From Octopus sinensis (lineage: Eukaryota), in contig NC_042997.1 in the NCBI RefSeq assembly GCF_006345805.1, positions 4,092,001-4,156,000 of the forward strand: a stretch of 64,000 bases of DNA, in the 5' to 3' direction. The notes under the pieces are model-generated. The model had not been told where the DNA came from and did no database searches. It worked only from the letters and a program-made list of their open reading frames with translations. The position numbers and the translations under genes are program-made. Of this stretch, positions 27,101 to 39,894 are shown piece after piece (within the stretch, counting starts at the first letter, position 1; the number at the start of each line of letters is the position of its first letter).

Positions 27101-27850
27101 CAAATGTAATTTTAAAGTTGTTATTGTGTATTGTAGAAAATTCAAATGTTTGTGTCATATTCACAAGATAGTTTTTACACATGAACCGTTTATTGTACCT
27201 TGTAATCCCTAAAGTTGTTTCGTGTTTTAAAATAATGTATAGGAAACGTCTTTTAATATCATTGTTGAGGGTATTATAATTTCTCTCAAGTAAAATTCCA
27301 ATACCACCTCTACATGTTGGTAATTAATTGAGATTTAGAAAACGATGTTGAAAGCCTTATTTGACACTTTCCAATAAGTTTTATGGTTCGGTTCATGCGG
27401 AGCATTGCAATGGATAAACCGAAATCGGTTTGGGATAACTGTTTTAACAATTCTAAAAATATAGGGAAGATGTTTCAGCAAGATTTCATTACAGGGTCAT
27501 GAACGTCGTGTCACCAGACTTAAGCATCCTATTACAACGCGGATGTTTTGCTTGCTATTCCATGGATTTCAATATACCTAAATCCATATGATATCTCTAT
27601 ACGTGCTACAAGCGAACACTGATATGCACTAATTGTTTCTGTAATATGCGAGTATGCGAAAACAAACTGAAGTATTTACTGCTTTGGGAGATGGAGGTAT
27701 TCATTGAGATGAAGCTAGGAAAACATTTTCGTAATATGACAAACATTTTCTCCTCCTTTAGTGTGGCGAAGAGAAATGCACGAAATAATGTGCGACTTAA
27801 CAACAAATATTATTTTCTCCAAAAATGCTGCAAGAAGGAAAATATATTTA
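24200..27850 (+). pseudogene. Very decayed LINE-like relic, possibly L1-type
   Basis: Scattered motif-like remnants only, e.g. IYFNKAFD near 26925 and a C-terminal Cys-like remnant near 27760; no continuous ORF. Confidence 0.25.
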
Positions 27851-27946
27851 TTACATTAGATTCCCTATAAAAAGATGAATAATGTTTTGGAGAAATATTA
27901 CTTCATGTAGAAGTACAGCAATATTTCAATAGTTGACTTATAAATT

Positions 27947-29110
27947 ACTAGCTTCATGGAACGGCGTTGCCCGGGTATGTAAGAGGCCCTAGTAGGCAAC
28001 GACTTATCCCAATCTAGTCCTTTCCCTCTAGGGAACGAAGGCGCATGTGTAGGTTGCAATGTCTTCTCTTCACTCCCAAATAACTATCAAACAGCTATCG
28101 ATAATTCAGTCCAACCAATTCCTACCAGGAAGAAATTACATTCGAGAATTTACCCCCAACACCGCCACGTCTGATAATAGCTACTGCAGCCGCAAGTTAT
28201 TTGAATAATTTTTTGTTTAAATTTTCTTTATAACTACCACACCAAACGTTTTACCTTAAGTTTTTGACGTACCCTAAGGGTCCTCGGACGCTACTTGCAA
28301 ACTCTTGGTTTATTATAAACCGCTTTTGTCGTGTGCACCAAAAGACCTTTTCCATTCGTGTGTTCAGTTTGGTCAATTTTGACTTTTTCGTTGTTGTCAC
28401 TCACATTGCTGCCCGCTTTTTTTTGCCGTTTTTGTACATTTTTATACATTTTGGGATACTTACCCCACGTGTTCCGAGAGTTCAAAAGGTCGAGTTGCGT
28501 CCCCTAGACAGTCTGTGGTTTGTGTTTAATACACAAATCGGTTTGCCATGTGTGCAACATATGATTTAATTAATCGATTTTTTCCAATAAAGTATCCTAT
28601 TGGAATAAAAAGGGCCATATAGCTCCTTGGAGCAGACATGATCCTCGCTGTGAATTTAAAAAAAATTTCCTGCCAATTTGTGAAAGATATTGTGGAAAAT
28701 TTGTCATCTCCAATTTCAACGCGATTTCCCAGAATGGCATGATTTTATCGATTTCTTCTGATGGTAAGGTATTGCATGGAAAACTAACGACAGAATTAAG
28801 TTTCTTAGTGTAACATTAAGCTTCACCATGAGTTTGGTGAAAATCGATTGCAAGATGCGAAAACTGCGACAGAAAATGTGTTGCATATAAAAAGCTTAGA
28901 TTCTCGACCCCATGTCGAATTTATCGATTTATTTCACAACTGGGGGTACTTTTCAAAATTTTCGCTGCTACGGTTTGGAATGATGACATTGGGCTAAGTG
29001 TGTGTCAAGTTTCATCAGGTTCGTTTGAAAGCCGTGGTCAGGATGAGGGTACAACCTGACAGACACACAGACACACAGACAGACAAACTGCCGTTTATAT
29101 AGAGAGAGAT
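27947..29110 (+). mobile_element. Non-autonomous Helentron/DINE-1-like element
   Basis: Starts actagc...cggcgttgcccgggt, has an internal caagtttcatcag motif and hairpins, and ends with (cagaca)n-aactgccgtttatatagagagagat. These are the usual hallmarks of this class. Confidence 0.5.
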
Positions 29111-29540
29111 GGTGAACCATTTACCTAGAGTGCCCTTTACTTCAACGTATTTACTTTCTATATAAACTTTGTTTGAATTATTGTGCTAATATTAATTCAT
29201 TCTTTCTGTATCTAAACTTATCTCTTTCTACTCTTCGTAAGAAAATAAGCAGCAATTACAAAAATATTAGAAGATACTTCAAAGTTTCCACCAGAATAAA
29301 TTGTTAACTCGCATATGTATATAAAGTTACTGATATATAAAAATTGTTAATTCCTAATTTTAATAGTTATCTGTCTTCCAGTATTTCATGATGTAATAAC
29401 ACGTTAGAACACATCTTTTCTCGAAGATACTTTAGAGTTCAAATATTAATACTGTCTCAATTATTACTTCTGGAAATCCTCGATAGATTAATTGTGTTTG
29501 AAAACTGAATCAAACAAATTGAATTTAAAATCAATGCCTA

Positions 29541-29920
29541 TTAATTGGAAGTGTTATCATGTACATTGTTTTGTCTTGGTATAAAAGATGCGTTACAACA
29601 AATATTCTGCTCAGTACCACAGATTTGCTTGTCAGTTGTTTCATCTTAACCAGTTGAGCATGTCCCTTAGTGGCTGTCGATATGTGCATATCTGATCACG
29701 AGCAGAAGTAGTGGGGGAGCACCATAGCTATGGGGCCCAGTTAGAATTTTTGTCTGTTCGAGAAAACCATCCCGCTCAAAAGTTCATGCGCTATTTATCT
29801 CGATATGAGATCACCATGACGCGCACATATGGTTGTGATGCATGTGACAAGTGTACCCTTATCAGATGGTTAGTCACGATGGGTATACTAGGCTTCGTAT
29901 ATCTTACCCCAGTGTCACTC
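29541..29920 (+). mobile_element. Family B repeat, copy 3, with internal deletion and ~55-bp inversion
   Basis: Opposite orientation to 5706-6193 except 29731-29785, which matches 5877-5932 in the same orientation. Confidence 0.8.
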
Positions 29921-31116
<1,196 letters not shown>

Positions 31117-31329
31117 TAATAATAATAATAATAATAATAATGATAAGAAGAAGAGTATCAACAGCAGTAGCAACAATAGTGGTAATAATAAGGATAATAT
31201 ATATATATATATATATATGTTGGGGGGCATGAGTGTGGGCATGTGTGCGTGTGTGTGTACAAAAATTAAGACAGACAGCCGTGTGTTAACTGAAGGAAAA
31301 CTATAATTGTCACTAAATATGGCTAGTGT

Positions 31330-32070
31330 GTTAGAATTCCTACATTGTTAGATTCACCCTACCCCTACTCCTCACACGTATTCCTTTTTTACATTTTTAT
31401 CCCTTTCTTCTGTCATTCCCCTATTACTTTTATCTTCATAGCTCTCTTCTCCCACTCCCTCACAATATTTTGACCACCATGTAGCACACCTTGTTTTAAT
31501 TTTTTCGTCCATTTCTTCCTTTATATGTTTCTTTCTTCTTTCCTCCCCTCTTCTTTTTGAGTAATGCCATTCTCTTCCAAAATATATATCTCTTTTCTTC
31601 TCTCTATTTAAATACCCTACCAGTATGTTCTCAAATCTTCATTCACACAACAAGACCTCTTTGAATGAACGGCACATGGAATTTGTCCCCACACTATCCA
31701 CATGTGCTAACAAAATATGCACTCCTATCGGAATTTACATGCCATAGAAAAGAAGCAATTATACTTATTCTCCAGAGCACTTTACTTGGAAAATATAACT
31801 GTAACTGTAATATCTTACGTGTATTATTTTTTTTATTATTATCTTATTTCCCTTTATACTTCATATATAAATCATTTTCCAAAAGTACACTTTCTATTGA
31901 TCTCGACTATTTCCCATTAGTTATCACTCGCTTATCGTCTCTGATGAAGGGATATCCCTAATATCCCAGAAACGGTTATAAGACTACACTTCTCTTTATA
32001 AATGTCCTATAAATTCCACACAACGTTGGGTTTGTTATTTCAGTTTATTTAACGTACACATAGTCTCACA
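31330..32070 (+). mobile_element. Family E repeat with hammerhead motif at 31937-31984
   Basis: gtct-CTGATGA-a-gggatat-cccta-atatccc-a-GAAAC-ggtt-ATA-agac; the cleavage triplet is AUA rather than GUH. Confidence 0.65.
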
Positions 32071-32178
32071 AGACCAGTATTAGACTCGTATTATTAACAA
32101 ATGGGAGTCTAAGCAGACCACCTGTAGTACTTACATAGGATTACCTGCAATCTTGAGGGTTCTGGATAGAAATACCTC

Positions 32179-32240
<62 letters not shown>

Positions 32241-32495
32241 CATATTACTGGTATAAGAATAGAAATATATATCATTTTGAAAAATTCTTTGCATTTTACA
32301 TTAATGCAGGTATATAAGTAATATTATTGAATAGAATAATACAGATTAAGTTTTGAAGTTACGAACCAACTTGCGGAATTGGAATTTCTAAATTGATAAT
32401 TAAAATTTCATCAAACTATCACTTATGATTTTATATATATGTATATATGTGTGTGTGCATGTATGTATTTATATATGTATATATGTATATACGTA

Positions 32496-32539
<44 letters not shown>

Positions 32540-32584
32540 AATATATAATATATATATATATATACATATACATACACACAGACA

Positions 32585-32635
<51 letters not shown>

Positions 32636-33881
32636 GTATGAAAGTGCGTATGAAACGTTACTTAATACATTAAGCATAAACAGGATTTTAAAAAGAAATA
32701 TTTTTATAAAAGGTAGTTATAAAATATATTATCAGAATGTTAGTAATCTCCTTTGGAAGTATATTTTCGGAATAACATTTTCAAACACTCATTTCCTTTG
32801 TCCTATCCACACATCTGTTACCGCTTTAGCGTCACTTTTCCCCTTCGTGTGAGCTCTTCCTCCAATTACTCCATTTTGTTATTCTAAGGTGTGTATCTTT
32901 ATGTGCGCATGAGTTTCAGTCCGTATTTGAGTGTGTGCGTGTGTTTGGATGCATGCATGTATGTGTTTGTGTGTGCTTCTTTGTATGTCACTGTCCTTAC
33001 GCACAGTATGGTCTTTCCCGCAGCTCCATCATCTCACCCCATTGTGGTACTGCTGTCCTGAGACCGAAAGTTTGGTACAGTTCATGTATCTCTCTGTATT
33101 TTTGTGTTTGCCATCGTGGTAATTGTTGTTAATATTGGAATCAATGTCACCGCAGCTACTGCTATCGTTGTTATTCGTCTTATTGATAACTTTGTGGCCG
33201 TCCGTGAACTTTCATGTGTACGTGTTTGTGTATGTGTGCATGGGTTCGCTCCGTATGTTGTTTGTATCCATGCGCATTATATGGATTTATTTATTCATTA
33301 TTCATATTTTATCTATCTCTGTTTCTTATATTTTTCAAGGTAGGTGACAAATATATTTAGTGATCTATTTATATATTTATTTATTTATTTATCTGTTTAT
33401 GTACTTACCTAATAATTCTTATTTTTATAAATCTATCACTATTTCTTTCATGAATCACAAGTAAGTGATACATATGGTATGTGGTTGTAAGCATATGTGT
33501 TGCATATATACATGTGTATGTTTACGATTTTTATATGCATGTGGTTATATGCGTTTAAGTGTATGTACTTGCGTGCTAGAAATTTAAAAACATATATAAA
33601 AGAAGAAAAACGTAAAACATTATCATCACGAATTTAATCGTTTTTACCATTTGTACTACAGTATGCATTGAAAATTATCCCCACCTCCCGGTATATGAGT
33701 ACTAATGTATTATTAATTGTTGTATGCGGAATAATTATTACCATGGAGATTTAATGAAAAATACAAGTAAAACATATACTGACACAGAAACACATTGTCA
33801 GAAATAGACTGAAAAATTGTACAGTGGTGAAGATGTGCTTGTATAATAGGTAGATATATTGTGTTCATCTCTTTGATCTTA

Positions 33882-33940
<59 letters not shown>

Positions 33941-33965
33941 ATGTATGTATATGTATATATATGTG

Positions 33966-34005
<40 letters not shown>

Positions 34006-34086
34006 AGTATATATATATATATATATGCATATATATATATGTATATATATGTATATATATATATATATATATGTATGTATATATAT

Positions 34087-34695
34087 ATGCCGAGTGCTGG
34101 GAACACAAAAAGGGGATGAACTTATCGAGAGTGAAAAACAAAAACGTTTACCGATAACTTTAACTCGAACCGCGGTTTCTGCTTCTTTCTAGCAAAACAC
34201 AAGATATGTTTGCTAAGGCTAGCTTCATCAGCGAGTCGCCTTAATTTAATCGAGGTCTGCGGCGATGTGAGACCATGTGTTGATCTCGAACTACTAGCAG
34301 ATCTTAACTTTTCAAATCTCTGCGCAGACGCAAAATTTATACGGCAGTATAGGGCATGCCGGGAAGAATTTTACGAATAAATTCATCATGTAATATGCGA
34401 ATATGAACAAGAAGGGTAGTAATATTATTTACTACCAGGTGCCCAGCACAAAAGACGAATTAGTCATAAGACAAAAATATTATTCATATAGAAAAATATT
34501 ATTCATGTAGTTATACAATTAAGGGCTCCTAAATTAAGATGCCGAGTGCTGGGAACACTTAATTTAGGAGCCCTTAATTGTATAACTACATGAATAATAT
34601 TTTTCTATATGAATAATATTTTTGTCTTATGACTAATTCGTCTTTTGTGCTGGGCACCTGGTAGTAAATAATATTACTACCCTTCTTGTTCATAT
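34087..34695 (-). mobile_element. Non-coding hammerhead-bearing unit (retrozyme or solo Penelope pLTR) with terminal redundancy and perfect fold-back
   Basis: 20-nt direct repeat atgccgagtgctgggaacac at 34087-34106 and 34539-34558 (period 452 nt). Perfect 138-bp inverted repeat 34401-34538/34558-34695. TA-rich tracts on both flanks. Confidence 0.75.
34163..34236 (-). ncRNA. Type I hammerhead ribozyme
   Basis: Minus strand actcg-CTGATGA-a-gct...tagcaaa...tttgcta...agc-a-GAAAC-cgcg-GTT-cgagt: perfect 5-bp stem I, complete core, palindromic stem III. Confidence 0.8.
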
Positions 34696-34696
34696 G

Positions 34697-34727
<31 letters not shown>

Positions 34728-35334
34728 GTATATGTATGTATATATATACTACTTTATTTCAAATAAGATACGTTGGTTCATTTTGAATAAGATTTCTTTC
34801 CACGCAGACGATATAGTGTGCATATCATGATCACTCGAGCGAACGATTATGAGATTGTCGTCATCACTTCAGCAGAATGAATGCAGAAACAATTACGTTA
34901 TATGTAACATTGTTTAATGCAACGTTACAAACTCTTACAATAATCACAGCATATGCAGTTTCCATTGTTTTAGTCTGTAGAAAATGTTTTCCGCCAATAT
35001 CATTAGGCAGTTCTAAAGCTTTGAATACATTATATATGAACGTATGCATAGTTAAATTGATTGACAGCTACAGCTAATCAAACAACTCCTCATACATATA
35101 AAACATGTACGTATATGTACACACATGCATTTACACACTCACCACACATTTACATGACTGTGTGTAGATACAATTACATATGTAATATATATGGATATAT
35201 GTGTGCGTGATTTATTTTATGTGCGTGCGTCCGTGTGTGTTGGCGTATGCGTATCCATGCATACTCCTATGTGCGTGTCAATAAATAACACGTATCAAAA
35301 TATGTTTAGTAAATTATGTTACACAAAAATAATA

Positions 35335-35397
35335 AGTGGTTAAGAGAGCACGCTACTAACCCCAAGAATCCTAATTCGATTCTAGACAGTGACCTGA
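35335..35397 (+). mobile_element. Short tRNA-like SINE head followed by (AAC)/(AAT)n
   Basis: agtggttaagag...ttcgattctagac resembles A/B boxes; degenerate. Confidence 0.4.
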
Positions 35398-35403
35398 ACA
35401 ACG

Positions 35404-35435
<32 letters not shown>

Positions 35436-35448
35436 AATAATAATAATA

Positions 35449-35501
<53 letters not shown>

Positions 35502-35629
35502 GAAAAATACGTTTGGAATAAGAACCCAAGTTCGAAATTTTCTCAAGACATATGATGAGGACAATATATTCGTCAAACGTAAATAATGTAAATAAGTACA
35601 TAATTCCTCATCTCTTAAATATAGAACTT

Positions 35630-35700
<71 letters not shown>

Positions 35701-36033
35701 TATATATAATCTGCAATTTAAAGCTGTTTTGAACAGCATATCTGGAGGAAAAGAACGTGCAGACTATTGATTTTAGATATAAATAGACGTACACACACGG
35801 GTGCATACACAGACGCACACACACATGCACCAACACAAACACATACATAGATTGTCGCATGCCAAACCTCTATACATCCCTGAGGATCTGCTGTGCTTGA
35901 GCATGTCCATGCATTTGAAACTTCTATCACAAAGCTCTTAGGAAGTATAGAATAGTGAAACTCGCGTAGGAAGTTTAATATAAAAATGTGTTAATCCTTA
36001 TTCTACCTATAAGTATATGTATGTGCGTTTATG

Positions 36034-36089
<56 letters not shown>

Positions 36090-36206
36090 CTGAACACCTT
36101 CTGATACTGTGTTTTTGTATGCATGCAACATCATTTACACCAATTCGATTACTATATTCTGTTGCTTTACTTTCGCATTAAATTTACCCACATCTACATC
36201 CAAAAT

Positions 36207-36520
36207 GTGGAGGCGCAATGGCCCAGTGGTTAGGGCAGCGGACTCGCGGTCGTAAGATCGCAGTTTCGATTCCCAGACCGGGCGTTGTGAGTGTTTATTG
36301 AGCGAAAACACCTATAGTTCCACGATGCTCCGGCAGGGGGTGGTGGCGATCCCTGCTGTACTCTTTCGCCACAAATTTCTCTCAAACTTTCTTCTGTTGG
36401 CCTGCTCACTTAGCCAGCGGGGTGGCGTCATTTGAAGGCTAAATCAAAGCGAAGCACATTGTGACCAGCGATATGTAACATCATCTGATAGCTTAGTCGG
36501 TCACGTGATCACGTGATCAC
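36207..36520 (+). mobile_element. tRNA-derived SINE (family A)
   Basis: A-box tggcccagtgg (36219-36229), B-box gtttcgattcc (36263-36273), tail (cacgtgat)n; homologous to 3765-4067. Confidence 0.88.
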
Positions 36521-39500
36521 ATTCAAAATAGCATATCTAGGTAGTGGAGCTACTCTATGTTAGGCTAAATGTATTGTATTCGACTTCAAACGTGTCATAA
36601 CCTAAGAATTCATGTAAGAGTTCAACAACTTCTCCTCTATGTATGACAGTCATGTTACTTCTATCCACCGAGCTTTGAACTCTGCTGATGCCATAAACAT
36701 TTATAAGCTTTCATGCGATCAGGAAATAATACAGTTTTACAAGTAGTGGATCTCGAAGCTAAAGTTTACAAATGCTTCGCTGGTACGTATAAGCTTCTAA
36801 AACTGATACAAATATTCGAACGATTTCTAGGCTGCATTAATAGTCACCTTCAAAAGATTTGTGTCCCACGGACAGCCCTGTATACAAAAATGTGTTTCAG
36901 TCGATTATTTATATGGTTTTATATTCATAAATTTAGGTTCTTCAAATTTCCACTGTCGTTAGAAAGAATTATTTAGCGATCTCTCGGAAGATTATATATT
37001 CTTATGACGTCAATAATAATCTTATACCTGAATTAAATTTCGTACTGAACTATTTCCTTAGTCTTAAATATTACCATGTATTGTAAAGATTTATATTTTT
37101 CTTTAACTGTTCTCCCATTGAAGTTATTATTATTCTAACTTCCCGAAATAGATTTCTACTGCATATATATATATATATATGTTTCATTTTCAAAATATAT
37201 TTATTAATTTAAAGATTTGATATTATATTAGTTGCAACAAATAAAAAAAATTAACAACAATTTAAATAGGATTTGATATAATGATTTCTAATTTATATTC
37301 TAATTTTTGGCTTCGATATCTGCTTAATCGTTGAAATAATTCACCCTGCTTAACATAATAATAAGCTACCTTTTTCATGTTTACATCTTTTTTCACTCTG
37401 TACATAGTCACTCCTCTTCTAATCAATTAAATATCTTTGTGGGTGTGTGAGAGAGAGAGAGAGAGTGTGTAAGGAGGGAGAAACAGAGAGAAAGAGGAAA
37501 GTGAGCGAGCGAGAGTGTGCATAAATATCCGAAATATATCCGAAAATACATTTCGTAATAATTATAAGAACATCATTTGCATAAATTTCTTTACGTAAGA
37601 AAGTGAATTCTGTCGTGCGTATTTACCGCATTCAACAGTCTCTAACAGTCTCTATGAGACATTAACGCACTACATATTTTTTCACTGTACAATCTCAGAT
37701 TGAATTATTTTGAGTGTATTGTGCAAGAGATTTATGTTTTTACATTATCTCCAGAGAAAGTTACAACTCAGATTTGGTTAACACTAATATTCCTACACAT
37801 TCTCATTCATGTAAATGATATTCATCTTGATAGGATTATTAATATTAAAATTCCTACGTTCTAGCTTAGTTATCATAGTTGTGATCTCCAGGTTTTATGA
37901 TGTCAAATCTTCTCCAATCTCAGGAATCTTTCATATGATTCTTCACGAATAATGGATATTCGTTTTTCCGCAAATCTACAATGCATGTCTCAATTCCAAT
38001 ATTCTTCAGCTGCGTCGGTAACAGTTAGAGTTTTGTGCCACGTACGTCAGAAAAAATTTAACCTTGATCTTCCTAAATCACGTCATCTCACATGTGAAGT
38101 CTTGCTGGTTGTCTGTTTTCTTCAATTTCTTCGGTATCCACTCCATAATCGAATGGGATTGCTAAGTCAATATTAGCCTATTTCTTTTATACTGTTAACC
38201 CATTTCATTCACTCTTCTGCGATACTATCGGTTATCCTTCCATTAATATTGCACTTTTTGCTTCTGGAAATAGCCCATAATATCATCTGATTATAACCCA
38301 CCAGCAGAGCCTCAGTTTTTATTAACGATATAGTTTGTATTCCCAATATAGTCACACCTATGCCTATATGCGTTTTGCTCTATTTCAATATATTCACTTA
38401 ACAACTCATTAATATTTCCCGGATTCATTTTCTAACTAACGTTTGTGATAATGTTACAAATTATCACTCGTTTCTCAAGCCTTTTTCTGAACGGTTACGA
38501 TTACCTACTCATCTTCTCCATCCTCATTTCCGTCCGTGAACCATAGCCTGTGGTTTTTAAATCACAAATCCGTACAGCTTTGCATGTAAATCATTCACTT
38601 TCCCACTCCACTATTTATCGTCAATTCTTGTTCAGCTTCCTTACATTTTACAGCGGAGGTTTGGATATTTACATGAAAAACATTATTTTACATCTCTCCT
38701 GGAAGCAAATATTGTTTTACAAACCAAATATCACACTACACATTTTATATTCTGAATATAACAAACATTTGCCTTGTTCCGTTCTAGATTGGCAGACATT
38801 GTTGATATTACATTTAAGGTTGTTTTCTTTGCGAATTATGAGTAGCTTTATAGAAACAAAGCAGTTGTGTACGATAAAATTTTCACGCTTCTGGCTGGCA
38901 AAAATAAAATTGTGAAGAAAAATAAATATAGCACTCAAGAGAGAAATTCATAGATTTTGAACTATGAGAGCTAGGAAATGTAGACGAGTCATGCTCTACC
39001 ATCTAGTGACATTGTCAGACATCATTTTGAACAAATCGGTAGTTCTGAAAAAAGAGGATGTAGGGGGTGAGACAAAGAATGGGGGAATGAAGTGAGAGTA
39101 ACAGAGACAAATGTATTAAGAGTTGATGTTTATTATGCTTATTGTTTCAAACAACTATGGCTGTTTACCAAAAAAACAGCTTCATCAAAATCATCGTCAT
39201 GATCATGATCATCATTATCATCATCGTCGTCGTCATCATCATCTTCATCTTCATCATCGCTATCATCCTCATCATCATCAACGTGACAAACATTGGAGAA
39301 CCAGTTACTCTAGCAAAATATCATAAAGAGGACAGAGATAGGTAAAAACCACTAAATTACAAAGTAACTAGAGAATCATCATCATCATCATCAGCAGCAG
39401 CAGCAACAGCAGCATTATCATCATTCTTACAGAAAAGCACGGAAGTAGAATTACATTATGCTGAGTTATGGCTCACAAGAGACAGAAACAAATATTACTG

Positions 39501-39654
39501 AGAAGAAGGATGATACCTTAGAAAATGGAAGGTTTTAAGTTTTCGAAAATACGCCTTATTACAATGCAATCAATTGCAAGCTGCATGTGCTAGTGTTGCA
39601 CGAAAACAGCATGTAGAACAAATCCACAGATAAGAGAGAAAGGGTGGATAGCAA

Positions 39655-39892
39655 TCTTCTTCTTCTTCTTCTTCTTCTTCTTCTTCTTCTTCTTCTTCTT
39701 CTTCTTCTTCTTCTTCTTTTCTTCGTCTTCTTTTTTATTAATTTAATTTATCATTACATTATATTTAACGACAATTTCTTTTTTGTATTTCCACCACATT
39801 CTTTGCCTTGGTGGCAATTAAATGAAATCTTCATCATCATCTTTCTTCTTCTTCTTCTTCTTCTTCTTCTTCTTCTTCTTCTTCTTCTTCTT
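39655..39892. repeat. Two (CTT)n tracts
   Basis: 39655-39731 and 39845-39892. Confidence 0.9.
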
Positions 39893-39894
39893 GC

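Noticed and set aside
35500-35630. pLTR-like repeat fragment between (AAT)n and (TA)n
   Set aside because: No ribozyme core or second copy in the window to support a call.
36207-36285. tRNA gene
   Set aside because: A/B boxes are present, but it continues into a SINE body shared with 3765-4067 and has no proper acceptor stem.
37850-38500. Possible decayed Gypsy/integrase-like coding on the minus strand
   Set aside because: Too many stops and no identifiable catalytic motif.
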